In this document: piece after piece, positions 1 through 9,738 of the stretch
Numbering within the stretch: position 1 is the stretch's first letter
How the letters are laid out: each line of letters opens with the position of its first letter
Assembly: GCA_963720715.1 (NCBI GenBank)
Contig: CAVRGM010000003.1
Coordinates: 45,427 to 109,426, forward strand
Origin: an uncultured Chloroflexia bacterium
Lineage (GTDB): Bacteria > Chloroflexota > Limnocylindria > Limnocylindrales > CSP1-4
DNA length: 64,000 nucleotides
Direction of reading: 5' to 3'
The notes under the pieces: generated by a model
What the model was told of the DNA's origin: nothing
Seen by the model: the letters and a program-made list of their open reading frames with translations, nothing else
Database searches by the model: none
Translations under genes and position numbers: made by a program

Positions 1-728
1 TGGGGTTCGCCTCGGCGTATGTCCGCGAGCGACTCTGGTACCTGTCGATGCTCTTCGTGCTGCCCGAGTTCCAGGGAGCCGGGCTCGGTCGCCGGCTGCT
101 CGCTCAGGTCGATGCCGTCGATCCCTCGATGACCCGGGCCGTCGCCACCGACAGCGCCCAGCCGATCTCGAACGCGCTGTACGCCAGTCTGGGTCTGGTC
201 CCGAGGATGCCGCTGTTCAACCTGACCGGCCTGCCACGCCAGCCAGAGATGTTCGGGGCACTGCCGTCGGGGGTGGTCCCGATCGCGTTCGCGGACATCG
301 CCACAGATGGGCCGGACGGCCAGGGCCACCGGATGCTCGCCGACGCCATCGACGAGCTGGATCGGATCTGTCTGGGCGTCGCGCATCCCATCGACCACCG
401 GTTGCTCCGCATGGAAGACCGGCACGGCTGGCTGTACCGCGGCCCGGACGGGACGCCGATCGGATACGGCTATGCCGGCGAGGCCGGACGGGTCGGCCCG
501 ATCGCCGCCGTCGACCCGTCGCTGGTCAGCGCGGTCATCGGTCATCTGACCACGGCGGTCATGCCACGTGGCGCGTTCGCCATGTGGATCGGTGGCGCGG
601 CCGACCATGCCTTGACGGCCGCCCTGCAGGCGGGCTTCCGGATCGACACGTTTCCGGTCCTGATGGCCTGGGATCGGCCGTTCGCCGACTTCGCGCGCTA
701 CATGCCGAGGTCGCCCGGGCTCCTCTGA
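1..728 (+). CDS. GNAT family N-acetyltransferase (5' end outside window)
   Basis: ORF 48..728 contains the acetyl-CoA binding motif context 'LFVLPEFQGAGLGRRLL' typical of GNAT fold. The reading frame is open to position 1, so the N-terminus lies upstream of the window. Confidence 0.55.
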   Translation, partial: GFASAYVRERLWYLSMLFVLPEFQGAGLGRRLLAQVDAVDPSMTRAVATDSAQPISNALYASLGLVPRMPLFNLTGLPRQPEMFGALPSGVVPIAFADIATDGPDGQGHRMLADAIDELDRICLGVAHPIDHRLLRMEDRHGWLYRGPDGTPIGYGYAGEAGRVGPIAAVDPSLVSAVIGHLTTAVMPRGAFAMWIGGAADHALTAALQAGFRIDTFPVLMAWDRPFADFARYMPRSPGLL

Positions 729-953
729 CCGCCATCGGGCCGACGAAGGTCCGGTGCGCCGATGCACCGGACGTCACGTTTGCCGGACCATGGTCCGGGT
801 GGTAGCCTCGACGCCGATGAGGCTCCCCTGTCGTGCCCGCGGACGGAGTCCACGACCGTCCAGACGCGGCACCGTCCGCCGCCAGCCTTGACCGCGGAGC
901 CGAATGTGACCGTTGCCCCTGCGCAGAGCGCATCGCGCTCGCTTCGTCATCGC

Positions 954-1682
954 GTGCTTGGCCGGACCCGCGACCAGGCCAAGCAGGAACGGGCCGTTCT
1001 CGTCCTCCACGACGTGACGAAGCAGTACCCGAACGGCAAGATCGCCCTGCGCGATGTCGACCTGGTGATCCCCGAAGGTGCGTTCGTCTTCCTCGTGGGG
1101 CCATCCGGCGCCGGCAAGTCGACGCTCATCAAGCTGCTCATCCGTGACGAGGTGGCCACCCGGGGTGCGGTCGTGCTCGATGGTCAGGACGTGGCCAAGC
1201 TCGGTCGTCGCCAGGTGCCCCGGATGCGGCGCAAGATCGGGATCATCTTCCAGGACTTCAAGCTGCTGCCGTCCAAGACCGTCTACGAGAATGTCGCGTT
1301 CGCGCTCGAGGTCACCGGCACGCCCCGTCGCCAGATCCGGCCCGCGGTCGAGCGCGTGCTTGCCCTCGTCGGCCTGACCGCGCAATCCGCGCAGCGACCG
1401 CACCAGCTGTCCGGCGGCGAGCAGCAGCGCACAGCGATCGCCCGGGCCCTCGTCCACGACCCGCGCCTGATCATCGCCGACGAGCCGACCGGCAACCTCG
1501 ATCCGCTCATCAGCTGGGAGATCCTCCAGCTGTTGCTCCGGATCAATGAATTGGGCGTGACGGTCATGATGGCGACCCACAACGCCGAGGTCGTGACCGC
1601 GCTGCGCAAGCGCGTCGTCGCCCTCGAAGAGGGTCGGATCATCCGCGACGAGGTCGGTGGCGCCTACCATCGCGAGGACTGA
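954..1682 (+). CDS. ftsE: cell-division ABC transporter ATP-binding protein FtsE
   Basis: Walker A 'GPSGAGKST', signature 'LSGGEQQR', Walker B '[12 protein letters not shown]'. It lies directly upstream of an FtsX-like permease. The ORF track starts at 762, but homology begins near '[11 protein letters not shown]'. A GTG at 954 is a plausible start (uncertain). Confidence 0.85.
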   Translation: MLGRTRDQAKQERAVLVLHDVTKQYPNGKIALRDVDLVIPEGAFVFLVGPSGAGKSTLIKLLIRDEVATRGAVVLDGQDVAKLGRRQVPRMRRKIGIIFQDFKLLPSKTVYENVAFALEVTGTPRRQIRPAVERVLALVGLTAQSAQRPHQLSGGEQQRTAIARALVHDPRLIIADEPTGNLDPLISWEILQLLLRINELGVTVMMATHNAEVVTALRKRVVALEEGRIIRDEVGGAYHRED

Positions 1683-1685
1683 CCG

Positions 1686-2570
1686 GTGATCACCTTCGTC
1701 CTGTTCAGTCTCAGGCGTGCCTGGCAGGGGTTCTGGCGGAACGCCGTGATGAGCCTCGCCGCGACGGCCACGATGGTCCTGATGCTGCTGTTGCTGGCCG
1801 GCTTCTGGATCATCCAGACGGGTCTGCTGGCCGGCCTCCAATTCACCGAAGAAAAGGTCCAGGTCGAGGCTCGGCTGTATCCGAACACCACCGACACCCA
1901 GGTCCTGGCGCTCCAGGCGCAGATGCGGTCGATGCCGGAGGTCGCATCGGTCGTGTACATCAGCCGGGACGACGCACTCGCCCGGTTCCGGGCCTCCATG
2001 GCCGCCCAGGGTCGCGAGGACCTGACCCGCTACCTCGACTCCAACCCGCTGTACGCCAGCCTGGAGGTCAAGCTGGTCGATCCGACCCAGGTTCGGGTCG
2101 TCGAGGATGCACTCCGGGCCGATCCGAGCATCAAGAACGTCTACAACATCGAAGACCTGGTCGACCGGGTCCTGACCATCACCAGCGTCCTGCGCACGGC
2201 GGGCACCGCCGTCCTGGTCATCGTCGGGATCATCGCCCTGTTCATCATCATCAATACCATCAGACTGGCGGTCCTCGCGCGGGCCGAGGAGATCGAGGTC
2301 ATGCGCCTCGTCGGCGCATCGGATGCCTTCATCCGCTGGCCGTTCGTATTCGAGGGCGCCTTCGTCGGGCTCCTCGGATCGGTCCTGACCCTGGTCATCC
2401 TGGCGGCCGTGGCCGATCCACTGAGCGCGTTCATGGCCGACTTCTTCCGGGTGCTGCCGCTCCAGTTCGGATCGCTCACACGCGACCTCGTGACGCTGAT
2501 CATGGGCGCCGGGGTGGGCCTCGGCATCCTCGGGTCGTGGCTGTCAGTCCGGACCTATCTGATCCGCTGA
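1686..2570 (+). CDS. ftsX: cell-division permease FtsX
   Basis: 294 aa with an N-terminal TM segment, a large extracytoplasmic loop and a C-terminal triple-TM FtsX pattern ('RLVGASDAFIRWPFVFEG'). The start is 4 nt after the ftsE stop. Confidence 0.85.
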   Translation: MITFVLFSLRRAWQGFWRNAVMSLAATATMVLMLLLLAGFWIIQTGLLAGLQFTEEKVQVEARLYPNTTDTQVLALQAQMRSMPEVASVVYISRDDALARFRASMAAQGREDLTRYLDSNPLYASLEVKLVDPTQVRVVEDALRADPSIKNVYNIEDLVDRVLTITSVLRTAGTAVLVIVGIIALFIIINTIRLAVLARAEEIEVMRLVGASDAFIRWPFVFEGAFVGLLGSVLTLVILAAVADPLSAFMADFFRVLPLQFGSLTRDLVTLIMGAGVGLGILGSWLSVRTYLIR

Positions 2571-2649
2571 CGACCTCCGACCGCCCTGCTGCACGAGTCG
2601 TTGTACCCTAGGCGCCCCTCCCGGACGCCGAACGCAGGACGGACCAGCG

Positions 2650-4011
2650 ATGGTTGCCAACGACCCCGAACCCAGCACCGTCATCGAGCCCGGCCCGCAG
2701 GGATCGGGCGCCTCCCCGTCGACCGCCGGACCGACCGCGGGCGAAGTCGTGGAGCCTCGTCGGATCCCGCTTCTGGCGATCTCCATCGCGCTCGTCGCTG
2801 TCCTGGCCGGGGCGGCGCTGTTCGTGTCGGGCTACTCGACCGGTCGCCAGGCGGCATCGGACCCGGGCACACCGGTCTCGGATGCGGATGCGTTCCAGCC
2901 GTTCTGGGACACCTACCACATGATCAACGACCGCTATGCCGGTGGCGATGTCGACCGCGAGACCCTGGTCCAGGGCGCCATCCGGGGCATGATCGATTCG
3001 CTGGGTGACCCGTTCTCTGCCTACCTCACCTCGGAGGAGTACCGGCAGAGCCTGCAGGGGATCAGCGGCCAGTTCGAGGGGATCGGTGCGAGGATCGGGA
3101 CGCTGGCCGGCGATGGGACGGAAGGCTGTGCCCCGCTCGGGCCGACGTGTCGGCTGGTGGTCACCGAGCCGATCGGCGGCTCGCCGGCCGAGAAGGCCGG
3201 GATCCTGGCCGGTGACGTCATCGTCGCGGTCGATGGCGGATCGCTCGACGGCCTGACCGTTGACGATGCGGTCGGTCGGATCCGCGGACCGCAGGGCTCG
3301 AGCGTGACCCTGACCATCGAGCGCGCTGACGCCCCTGTCATGGACGTATCCATCACCCGCGATGTCGTCCAGCAGCAGGAAGTCGAATCTCGGGTGCTGG
3401 CGGATGGATCGGTCGGCTATCTGCGCGTTGCCGGCTTCTCGGATGCGGCGGCCGATCAGCTGGTCGCCGCGCTTGCCGATCACCTGGCGGCCGGCCGCAC
3501 CGATATCATCCTCGACCTGCGTGGCAATCTGGGTGGGTACGTCACGGCCGCTCGCAAGATCGCCAGCCAGTTCATCGCGTCCGGACCCATCTTCTGGGAG
3601 CAGGATTCCAGGGGCGTCCAGGTCGCCACGGACGCACTCGGTGACGGGATCGCGACACAATCGGCGGTCCATCTCGTGGTCTTGATCGACGGCAACAGCG
3701 CGTCAGCCAGCGAGATCGTGGCCGGCGCGCTTCAGGACACCGGTCGAGCGACCCTTGTGGGGCGGCAGTCGTATGGCAAGGGTACGGTCCAGCAATGGCA
3801 GGAGCTGAGCGGCGAGGGCGGCGCATTCAAGCTGACCATCGCCCGCTGGTTGACTCCCGACAAGCGCTGGATCCACGGGGTCGGACTCACCCCCGACGTG
3901 GTCGTGACTCTGCCGGACCCGGTGCCGGCCGGGACCGATCCGGACATCGACGCCGCGCTGGATGCGCTTGGGGTTCCGGTCGCGGCGGAGCTGGATCGTC
4001 TGGCGGCCTGA
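2650..4011 (+). CDS. ctpA: carboxyl-terminal processing protease (S41 peptidase with PDZ domain)
   Basis: N-terminal TM anchor, PDZ-like 'GGSPAEKAGILAGDVIVAVDG', and an S41 catalytic region 'LVVLIDGNSASASEIVAGALQD…GRQSYGKGTVQ'. The order ftsE-ftsX-protease is conserved. Confidence 0.8.
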   Translation: MVANDPEPSTVIEPGPQGSGASPSTAGPTAGEVVEPRRIPLLAISIALVAVLAGAALFVSGYSTGRQAASDPGTPVSDADAFQPFWDTYHMINDRYAGGDVDRETLVQGAIRGMIDSLGDPFSAYLTSEEYRQSLQGISGQFEGIGARIGTLAGDGTEGCAPLGPTCRLVVTEPIGGSPAEKAGILAGDVIVAVDGGSLDGLTVDDAVGRIRGPQGSSVTLTIERADAPVMDVSITRDVVQQQEVESRVLADGSVGYLRVAGFSDAAADQLVAALADHLAAGRTDIILDLRGNLGGYVTAARKIASQFIASGPIFWEQDSRGVQVATDALGDGIATQSAVHLVVLIDGNSASASEIVAGALQDTGRATLVGRQSYGKGTVQQWQELSGEGGAFKLTIARWLTPDKRWIHGVGLTPDVVVTLPDPVPAGTDPDIDAALDALGVPVAAELDRLAA

Positions 4012-4643
4012 GCCGCCTCGGTCCGTCCACCGCGGTGGCTGGCCAAGACATCGCCGGTACGAGACGGGTCCGGCCCCCAGGGAACGTCCCGCACCGCCCC
4101 GAAACCCGGGCGATGGTCGCCAGGCGAGCGCTTGTCACCACAGGACCGGCGAATGCTTCACCAGACGGTCGATCTGGCGATGACCCGACCGGCCATCGGG
4201 TCGAGAACCGGCAGATGCTCACCATACGGGCATCCGGCATGCAGGACGCTGTCAGGCGCTCGCCAGACGGGCATGTGTCATGGGACGGTGGGGCCGCCAC
4301 GCTCAGGCTTCGCATGATCGACGGCGTAACCGACTCCACGATCGCGACGTGCGCTCGCCTGACGGGCATCTGACACGAACCGTGGTGCCGCGGGACCCGT
4401 GGGACGGCGGACCGGGGCGGGGCCGATGCCTGGGCGGTTGCAACCTCTTGCACGGACCCCCGCCATCGAGTACGGTTTCCGGGAACGAAAGGAGGTGATG
4501 TGCAGTGATCGACAGTATGCCTAGCTGCACCACCTCGCAGGAGATGGCCGTTTAGTCGGACACCCTGTGGGTGGTACGCAACTCGGACGCCGGCCCACGA
4601 TCGGGCCGGCGTTCGTGCGCCCAGCCCGTGAAGGAGCCGTCTC

Positions 4644-5111
4644 ATGCGCGACGAGCAGACCGTCGCCCTCAATCGAAGAGCCCGCCACGATTTCACGATC
4701 GACGACACGTTCGAAGCCGGCCTCGTCCTGACCGGCACAGAGATCAAGTCGATCCGGGCCGGAAAGATCACGCTGTCCGACGCATACGCTCGAGTCGAGC
4801 GGGGGGAAGCGTGGCTGATCGGCGCGCACATCGCGCCGTTCGAAGGCGGCAACCGCTACAACCATGAGCCGAAGCGGACGCGCAAGCTGCTCCTCCATCG
4901 CTCGGAGATCGACGAGCTGCTCGGTCGTGCCAAGGCCAAGGGCCAGACCATCGTCCCACTCCGCCTGTATATCGACCCGAAGGGCCGGGCCAAGGTCGAG
5001 CTCGGGCTGGCCCGGGGCAAGCAACTCCACGACCGCCGACGCGATATCGCCGAGCGGGACGCGCGCCGCGACGTGGCTCGCGAGCTCGCCGATGCCCAGC
5101 GCGGCCGGTGA
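4644..5111 (+). CDS. smpB: SsrA-binding protein SmpB
   Basis: 155 aa, 'NRRARHDFTIDDTFEAGLVLTGTEIKSIRAGK…PKRTRKLLLH', full-length SmpB-like. RBS GAAGGAG lies 8 nt upstream of the ATG. Confidence 0.9.
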   Translation: MRDEQTVALNRRARHDFTIDDTFEAGLVLTGTEIKSIRAGKITLSDAYARVERGEAWLIGAHIAPFEGGNRYNHEPKRTRKLLLHRSEIDELLGRAKAKGQTIVPLRLYIDPKGRAKVELGLARGKQLHDRRRDIAERDARRDVARELADAQRGR

Positions 5112-6208
5112 CGACGGCCGGTGACGACGGCGTGACCGGGATCCCGGAACGGCTCCGGATCGGCGAGGTGGTCGAGGCCGTCGATGCGCATGCGGCCGGC
5201 GAGCCCGGGCGGGTCATCGTCGGTGGCGTGGATGTCGCACCGGGCACGACGATGTTCGAGGCGATGACCTGGCTCCAGTCGAACCGCGATGACGTCCGGT
5301 TGCGGATGCTGCGCGAGCCGCGTGGCTACCCGGCCGCGAACTGCAACCTGATCCTGCCGTCGGCTCATCCTGAGGCCGATGCCGGCTACGTGATCATGGA
5401 GCAGGTCGAATACCCCGGTATGTCCGGAACGAACACGATCTGCGTCGTCACCGTGTTGCTCGAGACCGGGATCCTGCCGATGACCGAGCCCGTCACCGAG
5501 CTGACCCTCGAATCGCCGGCGGGACTCATCCGGGTCCGGGCGGATTGTCGCGATGGGAAGGTGGAGGCGGTGACGTTCCGGAACGTACCTGCATTTGCGA
5601 CCCACCTGGACGTCCCGGTCGAGGTGCCGCACCTCGGGACCGTCGATGTCGACGTCGCCTATGGCGGGATGTTCTACGTCATCGCGGACGCGGAGCGATT
5701 CGGGCTTCGCCTGACACCGGACGAAGGTGCCGACATCGTCCGGATCACCGAGATGATCAAGGCCGCGGCAGCGGTCCAGCTGCCGGTCGTCCATCCCGAC
5801 CAACCTGGCTTCGCGGGCATCACCATCGGCCAGCTGTCCGGGCCGCCGCACGACCCCGCCAACAGCCGCCGGAACGCGGTGACCGTTTCGACGGGGACGC
5901 TCGACTGGGAGCGCCCGGCGACGTGGACCGGAGCCATCGATCGATCCCCGTGCGGGACCGGGACCTCGGCCAAGATGGCCACCCTCCATGCGCGGGGAAC
6001 GCTGCGGATCGGCGACACGTTTCGCCACGAGGGCGTCCTCGGCACGGTCTTCACCGGGCGGGTGGTCGAGGAAACGACGATCGGGGACTACCGGGCGATC
6101 GTTCCGACGATCACCGGCCAGGCCTGGATCACCGGCTTCGCCCGCTACGTCGTCGACCCGACCGACCCCTTCCCCGCCGGCTACACCGTCGGTGATATCT
6201 GGGCTTGA
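5108..6208 (+). CDS. proline racemase / 4-hydroxyproline epimerase family protein
   Basis: 366 aa with the two catalytic-site motifs of the family ('MSGTNTICV' and 'DRSPCGTGTSAKMA'). The GTG start overlaps the smpB stop (GTGA). Confidence 0.75.
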   Translation: MTTAGDDGVTGIPERLRIGEVVEAVDAHAAGEPGRVIVGGVDVAPGTTMFEAMTWLQSNRDDVRLRMLREPRGYPAANCNLILPSAHPEADAGYVIMEQVEYPGMSGTNTICVVTVLLETGILPMTEPVTELTLESPAGLIRVRADCRDGKVEAVTFRNVPAFATHLDVPVEVPHLGTVDVDVAYGGMFYVIADAERFGLRLTPDEGADIVRITEMIKAAAAVQLPVVHPDQPGFAGITIGQLSGPPHDPANSRRNAVTVSTGTLDWERPATWTGAIDRSPCGTGTSAKMATLHARGTLRIGDTFRHEGVLGTVFTGRVVEETTIGDYRAIVPTITGQAWITGFARYVVDPTDPFPAGYTVGDIWA

Positions 6209-6271
6209 CTGCCCGGGAGATCACCCAGCGGGCGCCGGACTGACGTTGCCGACCGGCATCCGCCGGACCGG

Positions 6272-7510
6272 TCAGGCAGGCTCCGGCGAAGCGAGCTCGA
6301 GGGGCAGACTGACAGCGGCCGTTGGCGCGGGGTCGAGCACACTCACACGCGCATACAGGATCACGCCGACGGCGGTGCACCCGGCACACAGCAGGAGGCC
6401 GCTGGTCACGTTCACGATGCCGAGCTGGAGCAGCACGCTCATCGCGAAGGCGGCGACGATGCCGCGCGCACCCGTGACGGCGTTCCAGCCGGCCATCGCC
6501 GCCGCACGTCCCTCGATCGTCGTGTGGTCGCTGACCGCGGCGGCGATCCCGACGTCGATGGAGGCGCTGCCCGCTCCGGCGCCGATCGCGGCGATCCACA
6601 GGATCCGGACATCCGGCGCGAGCGCATAGGCGATCAGGGCGATAAGCCCGAACGCGCTGCCGATCCGCATCGCGACCAGCGGCCCGCGGCGGTCCGCGAC
6701 TGCCCCCCAGACCAGGAAGAACAAGGTCGTCGCACCGGCCGTCAGGATGCCGATGACGCCGACGTCCGAGAGCGACAGGTCGAGCCGATCGACATTGACG
6801 ATGGCGTATAGGGGCACGGCCGCGATCAGCCCGCCGCCATAGAAGCCCTGCGCGAGGGCGATGCGACCGAGGATCGGGCGTTCCCGAAGCGTGCGGATCG
6901 AGTCCCGAGCGGAAAATGTCGGTTGGCGTGGGGCGGTCGGGGCACGCAATCCGAGGTAGGCGGATGCGCACACCAGACCGAACAGACCGGCCATCGCGAC
7001 CGCCACCAGGCCACCGAAGTGGTCGGCAGCGACGCCTCCGACCAGTGCCGCGACGGCCGCGGCAGCCGCTCGGGCCGATCCGACCACGCCGACCAGTCGC
7101 CCGCGGATCCGTGCCGGATACATCGACCCCCACAGCCCCAGGTAGTACGGGCTCGAAAGCGAGAGGCTGAGCCAGAACGCGAAGGTCGCCGCGATGAGGA
7201 TCGGCGGGATCGAGAACACGACGAGCAACAGGAGGGACCCGGCTCCGGCCGCCCGGATCAGGCCGAGCTGGCGAGCGGATCGGGGACCTACCCGACCCGC
7301 GAAGGCGCCAAGAAGGTTGGCCACGAACGGTGCGGCCGCCAGGGCGGCCAATCCGATGGGTTCCAGTCCGCCACGCCGGGCGATGGTCGGCAGCAGCGTC
7401 GTGATCAGCGCGGCGGTGACGCCGACGCCGACGGCGGCGATCAGGTCGAAGCCCAGGTTTCGCCAGACAGCGCGCTGTTGCACGGACGGATGGCGTGACG
7501 GCCGGAACAC
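6272..7510 (-). CDS. MFS transporter
   Basis: Minus-strand ORF 6272..7684 with about 12 predicted hydrophobic helices and Gly/Ala-rich TM segments. The N-terminal ~60 codons of the ORF look non-coding (Arg/Ser rich), so the start is placed near 7510 (uncertain). Confidence 0.55.
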   Translation of the reverse strand: MFRPSRHPSVQQRAVWRNLGFDLIAAVGVGVTAALITTLLPTIARRGGLEPIGLAALAAAPFVANLLGAFAGRVGPRSARQLGLIRAAGAGSLLLLVVFSIPPILIAATFAFWLSLSLSSPYYLGLWGSMYPARIRGRLVGVVGSARAAAAAVAALVGGVAADHFGGLVAVAMAGLFGLVCASAYLGLRAPTAPRQPTFSARDSIRTLRERPILGRIALAQGFYGGGLIAAVPLYAIVNVDRLDLSLSDVGVIGILTAGATTLFFLVWGAVADRRGPLVAMRIGSAFGLIALIAYALAPDVRILWIAAIGAGAGSASIDVGIAAAVSDHTTIEGRAAAMAGWNAVTGARGIVAAFAMSVLLQLGIVNVTSGLLLCAGCTAVGVILYARVSVLDPAPTAAVSLPLELASPEPA

Positions 7511-7726
7511 GACGTACCTCGAAGCAGCCCGTCCGGCCTGCGAGGTGAGCTGTCGGGCTCGGCGGTGGGATCGCCGTCGCGTCTTCGCGATTCGCCCCGA
7601 AGGATCTGGGTCCCCCGTCCTCCACGAGGAGGTTCGGCCACGGATAACGGTAGCAGTCTTGTCGTTCGTCGTCCGCTGACCCATTCGTCCGGCCTGAGAC
7701 AGGCGACCTTCGGCGCAAAGCGTGGT

Positions 7727-7732
7727 AGCATC
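7727..7732 (+). promoter_or_regulatory. candidate -10 element (TAGCAT) upstream of ssrA precursor
   Basis: A TAGCAT hexamer lies ~28 nt upstream of the mature tmRNA 5' end. tmRNA is processed from a precursor, so an upstream TSS is plausible. This is weak evidence. Confidence 0.25.
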
Positions 7733-7760
7733 CCCGGTCCGAGCCGGTTCTCGGACCTGT

Positions 7761-8135
7761 GGGGATGTGTGGTTTCGACAGGGCCTGGCTACCGGGGAAC
7801 GCGAGCCGAGGACGCCACTGGGCCTCGTTAATCACGTGGCAAAAAGAAGTACCTGGCAACCGCCAGTCGACTCTCGCCCTCGCTGCTTAGGCAGTAAGGT
7901 GAGCGTGGAAGCTGCCTCCGCCTCGCGGGTAGTGGAAGCGTCATGCAGCGAGGCTGCGATCCGGATGAGTGACGCGTAGTCCGGAGTCAAGCCCGATCTA
8001 GGGACACGTGACTGGACCGCCCGGCAGGGTGCCGATGTTCGTTCGGGCGGTCGACGACAAACCATCGGACACGCTCGTAGTGGTTTCCGGCGAAGGGTTC
8101 TGGACGGGGAGTTCGACTCTCCCCCATCTCCACCA
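7761..8135 (+). ncRNA. ssrA: tmRNA (SsrA), encoded CCA
   Basis: The 5' end 'GGGGATGTGTGGTTTCGACAGGG' matches the conserved tmRNA 5' acceptor/TLD. The 3' end 'GGACGGGGAGTTCGACTCTCCCCCATCTCCACCA' is the T-arm plus acceptor stem pairing with the 5' GGGGATG. An internal reading frame ends '…AAC CGC CAG TCG ACT CTC GCC CTC GCT GCT TAG' (…NRQSTLALAA-stop) at 7855-7890, the hallmark ALAA degradation-tag ending. Confidence 0.85.
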
Positions 8136-8321
8136 ATTCCAAATCTTTTGGCGCCGGGCGGCCGCCGGCTTTCGTGGGCTTGAGGCATTGCGCGGACTGT
8201 CTACTGACCCGCAGTCAGGACATGACCTCCCGACGCTGATCACCGCTGAAGGCCATCTGGACCTTGTGGAAGCGACCCCTGGCACCCTGGCAACGGTCGT
8301 CGCCCGTGGTTTGATGAGGTC

Positions 8322-9693
8322 ATGTACAGGCGAGTGACCAGACCATCTGTCGGGGTCCTGATGATCGCTCTCGCATTCGGGCTCGGATGGGCTCCGACGC
8401 CAGTCCTCGCGGCCGACCCGGTCATGGTCGGCGCCGGTGACATCGCCGGTTGCGGTACGACCAAGGACAGCGCGACGGCCGACCTGCTCGCGTCGATCGA
8501 TGGCACCGTGTTCACGCTCGGCGACAACGTCTACACCTCGGGCACGGCCGCCGAGTTTCGTCAGTGCTATGACCCGACCTGGGGCCGGTACAGGGATCGG
8601 ACGATGCCGGCGGCCGGCAACCACGACTACAAGACGACCGGTGCGAAGGGCTACTTCGCCTACTTCGGCGCGGCCGCCGGCGAGCCGGGCAAGGGCTACT
8701 ACAGCTATGACGTCGGGACCTGGCACATCGTCGTCCTGAATTCGAACTGCAGCGACGTGGGCTGCGGCGCGGCCTCGCCACAGGGACAGCTGGCTGCGGG
8801 CCGACCTCGCTGCCAACGACGGCAAGGACGTCCTTGCCTATTGGCATCACCCGCGCTTCAGCTCGGGCTTCCACGGTGGGTCGACGAGTGCGAAGGCCTT
8901 CTGGAAGATCCTGTACGACGCGGGAGCCGACGTCGTCCTGAATGGGCACGACCACGACTTCGAGCGCTTCGCCCCACAGGACCCTGACGGCCGTCGCGAT
9001 GCCGACCATGGGCTGCGCGAGTTCGTCGTCGGCACGGGCGGAACGGAGTTGCGCCCTCGCGCGACCCATGCTGCCAACAGCCAGGTCTTCTCGACGACCT
9101 ACGGCGTCCTGCGTCTGACCCTGCACCCGGGCCGCTACGACTGGACATTCGAGCCGATCGCCGGGAGCTCATTCACGGATTCAGGCAGTGCCGCGACCCA
9201 TGGACCGCCACCGCCCCGGACGACATTCGCCGTGTCGGGCGATGCCGACGTGGACCAGGCGCGACCGTTGGCCAACTCCGGCGGGTCGAGCAAGCTTCGA
9301 GTCGACGGTGATACCGGCCACGGTCTCGATCGCGAAACGTATCTGAAGGTCCGGGTAGCCGGCCTGCCCGGGTCCGTGGACCGAGCCGTCCTGCGCGTCT
9401 GGGTGAGGAACGGCACGACCGACGGACCGCAGGCGTATCCGACGAGCACCGATTGGAAGGCGAAGACGATCCGCTGGCGCGGCCGACCGGCAGCCACCGG
9501 TCCGCCTGTCTCCGATGCGGGAACGATCGCGGGCGGGACCTGGTTCGATATCGATGTGACCGGGATCGTCGACGGGAATGGCACCTTCGGCATCCTGCTC
9601 CGACCGACATCGGGCGACGGCCTCGCGTTCGACTCCAACCAGGGCGCTCACCCGCCGACGCTCATCGTCGAGACCGTCCCGAGCGGCGGCTGA
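8322..9693 (+). pseudogene. calcineurin-like metallophosphoesterase, reading frame interrupted near 8790 (frameshift or sequencing error)
   Basis: The N-terminal part (ORF 8322..) has a signal peptide and the 'GDNVY…GNHDY' phosphoesterase motifs. The C-terminal part ('WLRADLAANDGKDVLAYWHHP…LNGHDHDFERF…GTGG') continues in the +1 frame from ~8791 and joins ORF 9049..9693. A single nucleotide around 'cagggacag c tggctg' (8787-8793) separates the frames. Confidence 0.6.
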
Positions 9694-9738
9694 GCCATCC
9701 GACACTTGACGCGGCCTTGGCCGCGGAGGCCCCGACGG

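Noticed and set aside
4011-4643. Expected tmRNA directly downstream of smpB
   Set aside because: No GGGG…GGTTCGA 5' motif, T-arm or CCA-proximal acceptor was found here. The genuine ssrA is at 7761-8135.
5101-5129. Tandem 14-bp duplication (GGCCGGTGACGACG x2) at the smpB stop / proline-racemase start
   Set aside because: It is real in the sequence, and it creates the overlapping stop/start and the N-terminal 'TTAGDDGVTG'. No functional meaning can be inferred. It is likely an incidental micro-duplication.
6129-7859. 576-aa minus-strand ORF and many other long ORFs in the track (e.g. 774..1841-, 2608..3672-, 4856..6028-, 11441..12580+, 13645..14430+, 15723..16496-, 18038..20713+, 18780..19913-, 23464..24315-, 26370..27851-, 30897..32456-, 33516..34634-, 37982..37959+, 45947..47236-, 47805..49382-, 52910..53656+, 56373..57947+, 60187..61128+)
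   Set aside because: They lie antisense to, or out of frame with, genes that have clear family signatures. Their translations are Arg/Gly/Pro/Asp-rich low-complexity sequence typical of stop-codon-poor alternative frames in ~70% GC DNA.
8136-8321. Possible integrase/genomic island at the tmRNA 3' end
   Set aside because: No integrase, no direct repeat of the ssrA 3' end, and no att-like duplication was found downstream. Only the frameshifted phosphoesterase follows.
7832-8825. Minus-strand ORFs 7832..8188 and 7998..8825 overlapping the tmRNA and the phosphoesterase
   Set aside because: They overlap a well-supported structured RNA gene and a family-assigned CDS on the other strand, and they have no recognisable motifs.
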